A stretch of DNA of 64,000 bases from the human T2T-CHM13v2.0 reference genome, Homo sapiens, in the NCBI RefSeq assembly GCF_009914755.1, contig NC_060928.1; one strand, 5' to 3'. Under the pieces are notes generated by a model. It had not been told where the DNA came from. It ran no database searches and saw nothing but the letters and a program-made list of their open reading frames with translations. Position numbers and translations under genes: made by a program. Positions 29,023-47,440 of the stretch are shown in pieces. The first letter of the stretch is position 1. Each line of letters starts with the position of its first letter.

Positions 29023-32000
29023 CCTGCCTCTGGTAACCATCATTCTACTCACTATCTCTATCAGATCAATTGTTTTAGCTCCCACATATGAGTGAAAACA
29101 TGTACTAGTTGTCTTTCTGTGCCTGGCTTTCTTCACTAACATAATGTCCTCCAGTTCCATCCATGTTGTTGCAAACTGCAAAATTTCATTCTTTTTTATG
29201 GCTGAATAATATTCCATTGTGTATATGCAGCATGCTTTCTTTATCCATTTATCCATTGATGGATACTTAGGTTAATTCCGTATCTTAGCTGTTGTGAATA
29301 GTGCTGCAGTAAAAATAGGAGTTCAGATATCTCTTTGATATACTGCTTTCCTTTCTTTTGGATATATACCCAGCAGTGGCATTTCTGGATCATAGGGTAG
29401 TTCTATTTTTAGTTTTTTGAGAAACTTCATATTGTTTTCCATAACAGCTGTACAAATTTACATTCTCACTAACAGTATACAAGCATTCCCTTTTCTCTGC
29501 ATTCTTGCCAGCATCTGTTTTGTCTTTTTGATGAAAGCCATTTTAACTGGAGTAAGATATCTCATTGTGGTTTAATTTGCATATCCCTCATGATTAGTGA
29601 ATTTGAGCATTTTTGCGTATACCTGTTGGCCATTTGTATGTCTTCTTTTGAGAAATGTCTATCAATGTTTTTTGCCTATTTTTAATGAGATTATTTATGT
29701 TTTATCTGTTGAGATATTTGAGTTCCTAGTATATTCTGGATATCAGTCCCCTTTCAGAGGAGTAATTTGCAAATATTTTTTCACATCTACTGAACTGATC
29801 ATGTCCTTTTTCCTTCATTCTGTTGATATGATGTATTACTTTATTGATTTTATATATTGAACTATCCTTGCATCCCTGAGATGAATCCCACTTGATCATG
29901 AAGAATGATGTTGTTAATTTATTATTGAATACAGTTGGCTAGTATTTTGTTGATGATTTTTGCATCAGTGTGCATCAGAGATACTGGCTTGTAAAGTTTT
30001 TTGTTGTTATGTCTTTGTCTGGTTTTGGTATCAGGATAATACTGCCCTTGTACCATAGGTTTGGAAGTATTCCCTCCTCTGATTTTTGGAATAGTTTGAG
30101 TAGGATTAATAATAGTTCTTTAAATGTTTTGTTGAATTCAGCAGGGTAGCCATCAGGTCCTGGGCTTTTCTTTGAAGAGAAACACTTTTTATTACTGCTT
30201 CTATCTCATTACTTGTTTTTTGTCTATTCAGATTTTATATTTCTTCATGTTTCAATCTTGGTAGGTTGTATATGTCTAGAAATTTATCCATTTCTTCTAG
30301 CTTTCTAGAAGAAATGTATTGGCATATAGTTGCTCATAATAGTCTCTAATAATCCTTTGATTTTCTGTGGTATCAGTTGTTATGTCTCCATTTTTGTCTC
30401 TGATTTTATTTCTGTGGGTCTTCTCTTTTTCTTAATCTGGCTAAAGTTTTGTCAATTTTGTTTATCTTTTCAAAAAACAACTTTTCATTTCATTGATCTT
30501 TTCTACTTTTTATTAAGTATCACTTTCATTTATTTCTGCTCTGATCTTTATTATTTTTCTTCTACTAATTTCGAGTTTTGATGTGCTTTTGATTTTCTGT
30601 TTCTTTAAGATGCATTGTGAGGTTATTTAAAATCTTTCTACATTTTTGACGTAGGTATTTATTGCTATAAAATTCCCTTCCGGTAATGCTTTTGCTATAC
30701 CCTATAGGTTTTCATATGTTGTGTTTCCATTTTCATTTGTTCCAGTCAATTTTTTATTTTTTTAATTCATCATTGACCCAATTGTTGTTCTGGAGTGTAT
30801 TGTTTAATTTTTATGAATTTGTAGAGTTTTCAGAGTTTCTCTTGTTATTGATTTCTAGTTTTATTTTATTGTGGTTAGAGAAGATACCTGATATGATTTC
30901 AACTTTTTTGAATTTTTTGAGACTTGTTTTGTGGCCTGAGATATAGTCTATCCTTGAGCATGTTCCATGTGCTGAAGAGAAAAATGTGTATTCTGCAGCT
31001 GTTGGATGAAATGTTCTTTAAATCTGTTAGTTTCATTTGTTTTATTTGCAGATTAAGTCCAATATTAGTTTGTTGATTTTCTCTCTAAATGATCTATCCA
31101 ATGCTGAACGGGAGTATTAAGATCCTCAACTATTATTAATGGGAGACTTGTATTGGGATTTAGCTCTAATAATATTTGCTTTATATATCTGGGTGTCCCA
31201 GTATTGGGTGCCTATGTATTTACAAGTATTATATCCTCTTGATGAATTGACCCCTTTATCATTGTATAATGACCTTCTTTGTCTCTTTTTACAATTTTTG
31301 TCTTGAAATCTATTTTATCTGATATATATACAGCTACTCCTGCTCTTTTTACATTTCCATTGCATAGAATAACTTTTTCTACCCCTTTATTTTCAGTCTA
31401 TGTGCATCTTTACAGGTGAAATGAGTTTCTTATAGGTAGCATATAATTGGCTCTTTTTTTCAATCTTTTTCATCCGTTCAGCCAATCTATGTCTTTTGAT
31501 GGGAGAATTTAGTCCATTTATATTCAACGTCATTATTCACAGGGAGGGACTTACTACTGCCATTTTCTTATTTGTTTTCTGGTTGTTTTGTTAGTCCTCT
31601 CTTCCTTTCTGCCTTCTTCCTGTCTTTCTTAGTGTATAAGTGATTTTCTCCAGTAGTATGTTAAAAAAATTTTTTTTTTTTGTACCTGTCATAGGTTTTT
31701 GCTCTGTGATTACCATGAAGCTTGCAAATAACATCTTATAACCAGTTATTTTAAGCTGATGACAACTTAAATCTGATCACAATGAAAAGAAAATAAAAAG
31801 CAAAAACTGAAAAATTCTATATTTTAACCCCGTCTCCCCCCTGCTTTTTTATTTTTTGTTGTCTCTACTTATATCTTTTTGTACTGTCTATCTCTTGACA
31901 AATTGTTGTAGTTATTATTTTTGATAGGTTTTTCTTTTAGTCTTCAGGGCTAAAGATATGAGTGATTTAAACACCGCAATTACAGTGTTAGGGTATTCTG

Positions 32001-32470
32001 TATTTGTCTGTGTACTTATGTTCACTGGTGATTTTTATACCTTCAGATTTCTTATTGCTCATTAGCATTCTTCTCTTTTAGATTGAAGAACTCCCTTTAG
32101 CATTTCTTGTAAGATAGATCTGGTGATGATGAAATCCCTTGGCTTTTGCTTGCCTTGAAAAGTCTTTATTTCTCCTTCATGTTTAAAGGATAACTTTGCT
32201 GGATATAATACTCTAAGTTGGAAGTTTTGTTTGTTTCTTTGTTTTCTTCAGCACTTTGAATATATCATCCCATTCCTTCATGACCTATAAGGTTTCCACT
32301 GAGAAGTCTGCTGCCAGATGAATCAGAGCTACTTTATATGTTATTTGTTTCTTTTCTTTTGCTGCTTTTAGGATCCTCTCTTTGTCCTTGACTTTTGAGA
32401 GTGATTTTTATAGACCTTGCAGTAGTCTTAGGGGATTTGAATGTTTTGGTGTTCTTTGACATTCTTGTAC
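29023..32470 (-). mobile_element. Degenerate L1 (L1MA-like), about 3.4 kb, antisense
   Basis: Reverse complement of L1 3'UTR/ORF2 (cctctggtaaccatcattctac, ccatgttgttgcaaa). ORF 29011..29256(-) reads MEYYSAIKKNEI. T-rich with internal deletions. Confidence 0.9.
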
Positions 32471-34550
32471 CTGCTCAAATATCTGGATCCACGTTTGATT
32501 ACTCCTTTGACCTTTTACTTCCCAAACTTCTCATGAGTCTAGGCTGCCCCTCAGTGATACCAGCCCAGCTCCTCACCTTGAACCTGTGACCCTCTGTCCT
32601 ACAAGGCTCCAAGTATTGTCAAGGTCAGGCTGCATTTAGAGATGCAGAGATCAGCACCCCTAACCTATGGCCTCACACACTGCTTCGGGCACATGCCCGG
32701 AGGTGCCACCTCCCTAATGAACCGCACCAGAAACCCATGCAGTGAAAGCTTGCCTTCTAATCTGCTCTTCAAACATATATATAGTCATGACATCCCAAAT
32801 AAAGAAAGCATCTCCCTGAACATGGAATAGTTCCAAATAAAATAAACATCTAGTTTAAAAGTACACACACTCCCCCATGATTCCATCTTGCACCATCTCT
32901 TGAGGGAGTAACTATCACACATTAAGTAGTTTCTTATGAACACAAATTTCTTCATTACTAACATCTGTTTTCCATTCATTCATGTTAGTTTCTCTGATTA
33001 AACCAACATTTCAGAGCCAATTTGTCAGTATTGGTGGAAAAGAAAGTTCAGAATCGAGTGAAATATGATGCAAATGAAAGGAAATAAAGTGTTTATTTTA
33101 GGCATACTTTTTAAAAGTCATGAGGACCTGGAGAGACTGGCCTGGGGTGGGAGGGGAATGTTATAAAGCACAGCATGAGACATAGAGGGGAGCTGCCTGA
33201 AGGAGCCGGGCCTTGGGGGTTACCTTAGTGCCCACCAGCTGGAGAATGGGATGAACATTCTAGTCCAAGGATGCACAGTGGAGAATGTAGGAAATGTCAA
33301 GACATTCACCAACGCTGCAGTTCACTACCTCACACAGTACTGGGAAGACTAAATTAAAGTACTAATACGTATGAATAAATATTACCTATTATTAGTTATG
33401 AGGAAAGCCAAGGCCGCAATTAATCTGTACTCAAAGCCCCAATTCCCTACCCTCCTTTAAAGCGAACAAACAAAAAAATAAAACTTCTTTACAGCAAAAT
33501 TCTTTCAAACTCATTTTCTCTCATTTTTGTCTCCAGTCCTCTCTTGAAATCACTCCAATGTAACTCACACTCCCACCCATTTATTGAAAATGTCCTTGCC
33601 AAGGTGACCAATGACTCACACATTTGCTAAATTCAATAGTCAGTTCTTAGTCTTTATCTTACTTGACTTTCACAGCATTTGATGGCACTCATCATTCTCT
33701 CCTACTTTTGTACTTGGCTTCCAGGACTCCACTTGCCTGGTTTTCCTTCTGCCTCACTGGCTGTACCTCTTTCTCCTTTGCTTGTTCTTATTCACATCCC
33801 GACTACTCCATGTTGGAGCACCCTAGGCTTAGTGCTTGGCTCTCTTGTCTTTATCAATACTCAATTACTGTTGTCATCTCAAGACTTTAAATTCAATCTA
33901 TATACTGACCAGTTCCAAATTTTTATCTCCAGCGTGGACTTCTTCCAGACTAAATATGCAACCGCGTACTCAACATCCACTTTTGCACATCTAATAAGAC
34001 AACTCATATTTTTAGTAGGCATATTGAAATATAACTTACATATCATAAAATTCACCCATTGTTAGTGTACAATTTAAGGAATTTTTGGTAGATATATAAA
34101 CATGTAATATCAAACTACAATCCAGTTTTAGAACATTTTTATCACCACAAAAAGTTCCTTTGTGCCTATTTGCCTCCACTCCTAGCCCTAGCTCCAGACA
34201 AACACTGATCTGTTTTCTATCCCTGTAAGTGTGTCTTTTCTGAACATTGCATGTAAATGGAATCATACAATATGTAGTGATTTGCACCTGACCTCTTTCA
34301 CTTAGCATAATGATTTTTGAGATTCGTAAGTATTGTAGCATGTATCCACATTTCAATTTCATTTCTTTTGTTGATGAATTATATTTCATCATATGGACAC
34401 ACTATACTTTGTTTATTTATTCACCTGTTGATGGACATGTGGATTATATTCAGTTTGGTGCTATTATCCACAGTGTTGCTGTGAACACTTGCAAAATGTC
34501 TTTGTGTAAACTTATGTTTTCATTTCTTTTTGAAGGATTCCTAGTGGTAG

Positions 34551-34992
34551 TAAGGGAGAAGACTACCCCTCATATTGTCTTATGCCCAATTTCCGCCTCT
34601 AAGGAAAGAAAAAGTAAAAACTAAAAGGCAGAAATGAAAACCACAAGCAGACAGCCCGGCGCCACACCCTGGGCCTGGTAGTTAAAGATCGACCCCTCAC
34701 CTAATTGGTTATTTTCATAAGAAAAGCACTGTGAAAATCCATGTCCTGTTCTGTTCTGTTCTAATTACTGGTGCATGCAGCCCCCAGTCACGTACCCCTG
34801 CTTGCTCAATCGATCACGACCCCCTCACACGGACCGCCTTAGAGTTGTGAGCCCTTAAAAGGGATAGGAATTGCTCACTCGGGGAGCTCAGTTGTTGGAG
34901 ATGTGAGTCTTGCCGAAGCTCCCGGCCGAATAAAGCCCTTCCTTCTTTAGCTTGGTGTCTAAGGGGTTTTGTCTGCGGCTTGTCCTGCTACA
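34551..34992 (+). mobile_element. LTR2 (HERV-E family) solo LTR
   Basis: Starts taagggagaagactacccctcatattgtcttatgccc and ends tgtcctgctaca. Flanks gtag/atag, CpG-rich, AATAAA at 34929. Confidence 0.85.
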
Positions 34993-35296
34993 ATAGAATC
35001 TCTGAGTCATATGATAAACTTACTCGTAACTTTTTAAGAAACTGCCGATATACTTTTCAAAGTGGCTGCATCATTTTACTTTTCTGACAACAACGTATGA
35101 AAGTTCCAGTTTCTCCACATCTTTTCCAACACTTGGTATTATCTGTCTTTAATTATACCCTTTACAGTCGATGTATAGTGGTGTCTTATGCTTTTAACTT
35201 GCACTTCCCTCATGATTAATGATTTATTTTTTCATATTCTTACTAGCCATTTGTATATCTTCTTAGTAAAATGACTATTTACTTTTCGTTTGCTTG

Positions 35297-35652
<356 letters not shown>

Positions 35653-36369
35653 TAGATACAAGTACTTTATCAGATACATAATTTGAAAATATTTTCTCCA
35701 AGTCAGTGGCTTGTCTTTTCATTTTCTTAATGGTGTCTTTGAAGTACAAAAGTTTTAAATTTTGATAAACTCAAATTTATTATATTTTTATTATGGATTG
35801 TGCTTTTAGGGTTGTATCTAAAAATTAATTGCCCAACTCAAGGTTATGGAAATTTTCTCCCATGTTTTCTTCTAGAAATTTTATAGTTTTAGCTCTTACG
35901 TTTCTCTAGATCTATTATGTATTTTCAGACAACTCAAATTTTACTTAACTGAAACTGACCTTCTGATCTGTTTCTATCAAACCAAACCTGTTTCTCCTAG
36001 AGTCATCCTCACCCCATTAAATGGACTTTACATTTTTTTCTATTGCTTGGGTCAAAAACTTGGAGTCATCCATAACACCTGTCTTTCTGTCTGCCCACAT
36101 CCTATCTACCATCAAATCCTGTGTGCTCTACCTTCAGAATAGATCTAATGATTACTTCTCACTCTCTCTACTCTTACCACCCTGATCTAAGCCACTTTCA
36201 CCTCTCATCTAGAATATTGCAGTAGCCTCCTAACTGATCTTCTTGCTTCCATTCTCACCCCTCATTTTCAACCCAACAGCCAGAGTGGTCCTATGAAAAT
36301 ATAGTTACATCACTTCTCTGTTTAAACCTTCCAATGGCTCTCACTCAACTCAGAGTTAATGCCAAATTC

Positions 36370-36850
<481 letters not shown>

Positions 36851-37120
36851 GTTAATGCTTAATTATTTAGGATGACCTATGTGGTTGCATTTCCCCTTAC
36901 TTCTATGACCTAATATCCTAGTATTCCATTCCCTCAATTTTTGGGTTCCCCATTTCTGCTCTGGCCTCTCATCAGGCTTAGCCCTATCTCAGTGTCTTTG
37001 CATCAGATAGTACCCTACCTGTACCTGAAATTATCATCCCCTAGGTGTCTACATGGTTTGATCCCCCACTTTCTTCACCTGTTCTTAAGTCACCTGGAGG
37101 CCCTTACCTGGCCACTTTAT

Positions 37121-37122
37121 TT

Positions 37123-37158
<36 letters not shown>

Positions 37159-37458
37159 CTTACTTACTTACTGAGACAAGGTCTGGCTCTGTTGCTCAGG
37201 CTGGAGTGCAGTGGTGCAATCTCGGCTCACTGCAACCTCTGCCTCCTGGGCACAGCCATCCTCCCACCTCACCTAGCTAATTTTGAGACTACAGGTAGCT
37301 GGGACTACAGGTGTACACCATCATACCTAGCTAATTTTTGTAGAGGCAGCATTTTACCATGTTGCCCAGGCTGGTCTTAAACTCCTGAGCTCAAGCAATC
37401 TGCCTGCTTCAGCCTCCCAAAGTGCTGAGATTACAGGCTTGAGTCACTGCATCTGGCC
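37121..37458 (-). mobile_element. AluJ-like (antisense) with (TTTA)n/(CTTA)n tail
   Basis: Alu consensus motifs and a microsatellite tail. Confidence 0.9.
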
Positions 37459-38789
37459 TAGTCTATTTAAAACTGCAATTCACCCCTCCCTCCTGGCCCT
37501 CCTTATCCCCTGATCCTGTGTTATTTGTCTCTACACTTGTATCACCATCTGACATACTAACTACAGAACTTGTTTGTGGTCTATCTCCCCCACTGGCATA
37601 CATTCTCTATGGGGGTGGAGGCATTCATTTGTTTTGTTTACTGCCCTATCCCTAGTACCTTGAACACATAACAGATGCTCAAAGAATATTTGTTGGTTGA
37701 ATGATTGAAGGGTCAAGACAAGATTCTGTAATCCAGCATTGCCAAAACTGGAGTTTGTAGAATACTAGTATCCTCTTAGAAATGAACTGCCCCCAAAAAA
37801 GAATTCAAGTTGAGAAACTTTTCATATCATTTCTACTCTTGGAAATTCATGAAGCTCGTTCTGAGACTACACACACTTAACCTAGCATTTCTCATGCAGT
37901 TCTTGGCCCTCCTGAATACCTGTTAATATTTTTTTCCACTCTGTAGAAGACAATGGGGAAGACTCAATCCTAAGTAGAAACTCCATGTCAAAATATATCT
38001 GTGATATTCCTGACAACTCTCAGAGTCTCTGAAAGTCCTGTTTGGAGCCTCATGCCCTGTGCACCACCACAACAGCATGAGAGCACCGAGTCTTGTCCAG
38101 GCTGATGATCCCCAAGCCTGCGCCATCTGCTGAAGTATAAAGAAGAGCAAGGGGCACTGGGCAGGGCCAGGATCCCAAGACCCCACATGAGAAAGAGACG
38201 CATGTGCCAGAGCCGGGGTTCCTGAGTTTTCAGCTAACATAAAATGAAAATGCTAGTGGGACTCGGAAAGAGTGAGCCTGGGAGAACTAGAAAAAAAGAT
38301 AGTGACCAGAGAAGTCCCTCCAGAGCACCTCAGCAAATGTGAACTATCAGCAGTGCTGGGGCTCATACAGGGACAGCCAGTTTGTTCTCAGCCCATTTTG
38401 ACTTTCTTTTCATGTAGTGACACTTTCACAAGTGACACTAGTCTATTTCATAAAAATTAGAAAATCAGGAGAAGAAATCAATGACCTATTTTCTTAAACT
38501 CTAGTTACAGCCACCAATAAGCTTTTGGGCCGTTTTCTTGCCCTGGGTAAAAACCTGCCTGACAATAAGATCGTGTCCTATGTACCCATAGCATTAATTG
38601 TGGCTTAAAGGCTATCCTAGGGTCTTGCATCAGACTGTCCACTAATTACATTTTTTTTAATCCTCAAAATTTGAAAGTTTTTAATTAGTATTAATCAACT
38701 ACATGCTTTGATTGACAACAAACAGTTACAATATGTAACAGGGTGAAGCATATGTAAATTTAAAAACAGAATGGTGACTTCACAAATTA

Positions 38790-41138
<2,349 letters not shown>

Positions 41139-43852
41139 CATTTTTCCTCTCAGTCCTGTTATTCTCCCATTTTTGTTCCTGAAGTCAAGCTGGCTTTTGC
41201 CCCATGCTCTTCCTACCCCCTTATCTCTATATTTTATAGTCTATCCTGGAATTTTGCATTAGGGAAAGATAATTTTGTGCTGAGGTTTAAGCACTGGGAA
41301 TGGAGAGGCAGAAGTAAAAGGTAGTTCAGGCCTGTGTCCTTGTAACTCTTTTGTCCACCTCCCCTGCAATAATTATGGAAATACTAGGTTCTCCTTGCAT
41401 ATTTTTAAGTTGACATAAATTTTTATCATACTTTTAAATATTTGCCAAAGATTTAGAGGAATTACCCAAATGTTTTCCAAAGTAGCTACAGCAATTTATA
41501 TTCCTACCAGCACAGAAGTTTTAATTTATCCACATCCTTGTCAATACTTGTTATTATCTCTCTTGTTTATTATAGTCATCCTATAGGGGTGAAGTGGTAC
41601 CTAACTGTGGTTTTGGTTTCCATTTTCCTAATGACTAATGATGTTAAACATCTTTTCATGTGCTAGTTAGCCAATTGTACTTCTTTCTCAGAGAATGCCT
41701 ATTCATGTGTTCTGCACATTTTAAAAGCAGGATCTTTGTGGTATTATGGCTTATATGTCAATAAAACTGTTATTAATGAAAAACATAGGTGAGGCATCAG
41801 GATTCTGGACCACATCAATTTGTGGACATAACATGAGAGGAACAGAAAATTATTTGAAATGAAATACCTGTTTGTTAGGAAAACATGGTTGTGTTTTCTG
41901 AGGGGTCAGGTATAACAGAAGTCCTTAGGAGAAAAATGGAGAGTGTCCACTATTTTATTAAGCCTGGGTAACAGTGAGTATGGGTGATAGGAAAGAGGAG
42001 AGAGAGTGCAGAGAAGATCTGAAAGCCATTTCAAACACAAGGCTCATGTAGCCTTGGGGTTAATGGGTTTGCTAGGGAGCAAGAGCAACATTGCTGAACA
42101 TCTAATCTCTTGCTGTGTCTGATGAAAAACATCACTTTGCCAAAGAAATCCACATTTCATGCTACATTGACATTATGTATATATTTTTAATGGAATGTCC
42201 TAAAATTCTGTCATTATCCATAAGTTCTTGCATGCCCTCAAATCAAATCTTAAAAAAATTATTTTCATCACACTTTGCATTTGATGCTACAGAAAATTTA
42301 TTCATGTCAGATTTTCTTAGCTGTGTCAAAGGGCCATTTTCTGAATACGCCTCTTTTTGTAAATGTGAAATTAAGCCCTTCCTCGAGCCTGGCAGATCAG
42401 TTCTCACCCTCAGGGCTTGAAAGGGAGAGCCAGTTCGAGATCATGCAGCTGATTAGTAATGGAGTGGAGCAACTGACAATAAATTAGAAGAAAAATGTTT
42501 AATGAGGGTTGTCTTAGTATTTCCAGCTGTTTAAAGAAACACTGTTTGCCATATTCTACCAAGAAAAAAATGAAAGTACTTAACCCCATTAGCTATGATG
42601 TCAAAGGGAGGGAACTGGTACCTTTGGCTTCCATGGATGCCATGTTAGTAATATTATCTTTTTAAAAAAGTCTTCATCATTATCTGGTTTCAAACAAATG
42701 AAGATTACATTTATCTTGTTTGAAATACCTTTTTAAGTATAATATCCCTCACACCATCATGGTTCCTTTCTATGTTTTTCCTTCGCTGATCTAATACTAC
42801 AAAAACCAAGTTCAAAAGTCCTCCAATATGTTTCTTGCTCTCAGCTGGTCACAGTCTGGCTGGAGAGATGACATGCCATCAGCTAGTTGTACAGACCTGA
42901 TTTGGAAATCTTTAAATCCTCTACATGTCTTTTAGTAGCACAGACTTTAAAAACAAAATCAGTAAAAAGATCAGTGGTTGCCAGAAAGTAGAGGGGAGGG
43001 AGGGCTGAATGGGTGGAGCACAGAAGGTTTGAAGGGCAGTGAGACTACTCTGTATCATTGGATCATGCTGGATATGTGTCATTATAAGCTTTATCCAAAT
43101 CTGTAGAATATACAGCACCAAAAGTAAGCCCCCAAGCAAACTATGGGTTTTGGGTGATTGATGCGTCAATGAAGGTTCATCAATTGTAATGAATGTGCCA
43201 CTCTGGTGGTGGGTGCAATCATCAGGGAAAGTAAGCATGTTGGGGCTGGAATATATGGGAAGTCTCTGCAACTTCCCCTCAACTTTTTTGTGGGTCCTAA
43301 AACTACTCTAAAAAATTAAAGTCTATTAAAAGTGATAAATGTCATAATTTCAAAAAAGAATCTGGCAAGAGCTACTTTTTATGGTCTCAAAAATTGTCAA
43401 TGTTTTTAAAACTAATAATAAACCTACTTCAGTTTCTTTATTCAGAAGAGATAGTGTTTAATAAAATATCTTGTCTCTCTTTTAAAGAATAATTCATAAA
43501 ATTGTTCTAGTAAACCATGTACAAGTAATAACTGTTTTATGAAAACTAAAAAACCCTGAATTTTTAAAGAGGGGGTAAATAAGATTATTTTTATGTTCGT
43601 AAAAACTTATTAGTTTTGAAAAAGGCTTCTGACTGGTGGTGGAGGGGGTTGGTGACAGGGACAGAGGCACACTAAGTGGTCAGACAGAGGAAAGCATTGG
43701 CAAGAAGGAGGGTTTCAGTCTAGAAGCCCCTGTTAACCCACCCAGGCATTCCACACATGCTTAGTGATACTTAACAGTGTGCCTTCCCTGCGTGGCTGGG
43801 GACCTTAGAACCTGGGGAGGAAACGGGTACTAATCAAATAGCCTAACAAATG

Positions 43853-43959
43853 CAGTCATGTGTTATTTAATGACAGGGATACATTCTGAGAAACGCATAA
43901 CTGAGTAATTGTGTCATTATTATGGGACCATGATAAAGTGTACTTACACAAACCTAGAT

Positions 43960-44020
<61 letters not shown>

Positions 44021-44212
44021 TTTTTAAATATGGAAAACCAAATGTCCCAGCATCATTACTGAATATCAGTTATTTCTCCTACTTGATCTGCAAAGCCAAT
44101 ATCAGGTGCCATAGATCAGATCTCTACATATGCTCCATTATAATCCTATTGGACCACCTTTGTATATGGGGTCTGCCATTGACCAAAACATCCTTGTGCA
44201 GTACATAACTGT
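43853..44212. mobile_element. Tigger3/Golem-like DNA transposon with internal (TG)n(TA)n (43960-44018)
   Basis: TIRs cagtcatg...cataactg. Similar to the copy at 53569-53872. Confidence 0.7.
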
Positions 44213-46211
44213 ATATAAATTCAAAATGTGACAGATGAAGGAAGTCTCAGGACTCTGCGCATATGCCACAGGAACATAATCTACCATAGTTATATTATCT
44301 GTAAAATGAAAAATGACTTGATTTTAAGTGAGTTTTAAAAGAATGCCAAAGGCCATTTTATTAAGCTAATGGAGATTCTCTTAAAGAACTTTGAACCTCA
44401 ACACATGCATGCCAGACTCTAATCATTACCATAAATATTTCATGCCTCCATACAGGCATTAAGTGATAGTTGGGGGCATGATATAAGTAGTATTTTATAG
44501 CTTTCTATCACACATATGGAAGAAGGCACAACCCAAGAAACGGAGTGGCTGTGCTGCAGAAATGGGCCTTGAGGCTGGTGACTGTTGTCTTTGCTTGCAT
44601 AAAGCAGGCTCAGGAGGAACCTGCAGACCTGTTATCTTTGCCTTCTCTCTGCCACTTTTCCTTCTACCACTCTTACTTTCACCTGCTGCCTTCCTCCCAC
44701 GACAGTGTCATTGTCTACAAGCGTGAGGATCCTTCTCTCCTCAGGAAACTCCTTAAGGCTTCAGCGCTCACCATGGTTGAAAGCCTTCCCAAGCCTTTAC
44801 TGTTCAGTCTGGCCCCTCTCCCAGAGCTTGGTGTCCTGGACAAGCACCTGCGACTTATCTGGCCCCAGACAAATTCACTCCAACATCTCCCAGTCTGACT
44901 TCCCGTCTCGTTTTTCTTTCTCAGCATCATCAAACTCCTCGTGTTGAAACCTCAGATTCCCTCACTTTTTCCTTATTTCTCTATAGCGGGGTCCTCCAGG
45001 TTGAGTGTGTGTTTAAACTCCCTGGGTGTCTGGGCTGTACCTCCAGGTTTTGGAGTATGCCTGAAAATCTGTGTATCTAAAAAGTTTCCAGAAGACACGA
45101 CTGCTGCTGCTGCTGCTGACCATTTTTCCATACCTACCAATTGCCACTAGGCTCTATTGTATTTTCCTTTGTGTGGCCTGTCTTACTTACTCACACTGAC
45201 CCCCTTTCCTTCCTATCTCACACCAGGACATCCTGACTGGGGTCCCTGGCACCTCACCCACTCCACCCCAACCATCCTGTGGTACAGCTTCTGAAAACGC
45301 TGCTTGCATTCATGTCCTCCTCCCTGCACATTCTTCACGACATCCACACTGCTTGGGGAATATAGCCGAGACTCCTTAATGTGACATCAGAGGCTCTCCA
45401 TAACTTGATCCCAAAATCCTTCTGCAATCTTGAGTCCTTCTTCATCCCAGTAGAGACACTCTGCTCCACCCATGCTAACATTCTGTTCCCCAAAGACTCC
45501 ATTTTACTTCCACCTCTTTTGTAATGGTTTAGAGAATTGGGGAATGTGGGGCTGGGACCAAATCCCAAGGATTCCACATCCTAGGTGTGTGATGGTAGAG
45601 CCATTTATCACGCAGGACTGCAGAGCCTTCATCTTTGTGATACCCGGTGATCATAATACCTGGGGCACTCCTCACAAAGATAGCAGAAAAATTGTTGAGA
45701 AATACATTTGATGCAGGTATCACAGAACCTGGCACACAATAGCTGCCTGATAGTTCATGATATTTATGGGTAAATTCAATAATATACACAAAATGTATAT
45801 TGTCTCTATGATATAGCCCAGGGATAAACCTGGGCCTATAGAAAATGTTTCTCTGATCAAAGATATCAGTGCAATTGAAAGTTAAACCCGGAAACCCCAA
45901 ATTCATTAGCCACCCATTCACCCGACAAGCCTGTTTCTCAAATCAACAAACTTGAGAGCCTTTTCCCAGTGGCAATTGAATTGGTAAGTATTCATGTGCC
46001 TTGAACAATCAAGTGTCATTCATTTCATTCTTAGTTAAGTCAAGATGACAGTGCTAGGCAGGACTGAGGTTTTGTCTCTCAGTTTCAGAAAAGCCAAGAC
46101 ATGTACTTACTACATCAAAAGGATGGTTGTTAGCATGATCTCATGTTTGCTTATGTGAAGTTCTAAATGTGCAAAATAAAATTATGTTCTCTTATTTCTT
46201 TTTTAATTTAA

Positions 46212-46421
<210 letters not shown>

Positions 46422-46710
46422 TGAATATTCTGTTCAGTGCTGATTGCAATCTTCCAGGGCTTGTCTAGCTTACTTTTTATGCTCCAAACTGCATGGATTT
46501 GAATACCATTCAATTTGTCTTTCAAGTTTTAAATGTTAATGTCTTATTTTGCATTGGCACAGATGAAAATTATGCTTCAGAATTTAATGTCACTTTTCTG
46601 AACCATTTTCCTTGCTCTTCCCCTTAAAGAAGGATAGCATGTATTTTTTACTGATTATTTCTCGGCATTCCTGACATCATGTAGCAGTAAATTTCTGTTT
46701 GACTTTTTAG

Positions 46711-46836
<126 letters not shown>

Positions 46837-46929
46837 TGATCAAAACCAGTAAAGCAGAATATAAAGTTTCCAGCAAAAGTTTTTAGAGCAGAGCTATGCA
46901 CAGAGGAGGTATTAAATGCTTATTAATAA

Positions 46930-47192
<263 letters not shown>

Positions 47193-47214
47193 AATATTAA
47201 TAATTACAATAGCT

Positions 47215-47440
47215 ACTATTTATAAGGTACTACTCTGTGCCAGGCATTTTACCACCTTTGTCCCATGTTATCACATTTCATTATCCCTACAGGGCAGGTA
47301 CTATTATTTTCATTCACATTTAACAGATGAGGAAACTGAGGGTCAGAGTAGATGTGAAACCACCCTGGGTCACAGAGCATACATGTGGAAGAGTTGGGAT
47401 TTGATCCCAGCTCTATATCATTTCCAGTCTGTCTCATTGG
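47215..47440. mobile_element. MIR
   Basis: Core tttaacagatgaggaaactgagggtcagag. Confidence 0.8.

Noticed and set aside
45940-45990. Orphan donor ttg|gtaagt upstream of exon 46318
   Set aside because: No supportable matching exon or promoter from sequence alone.
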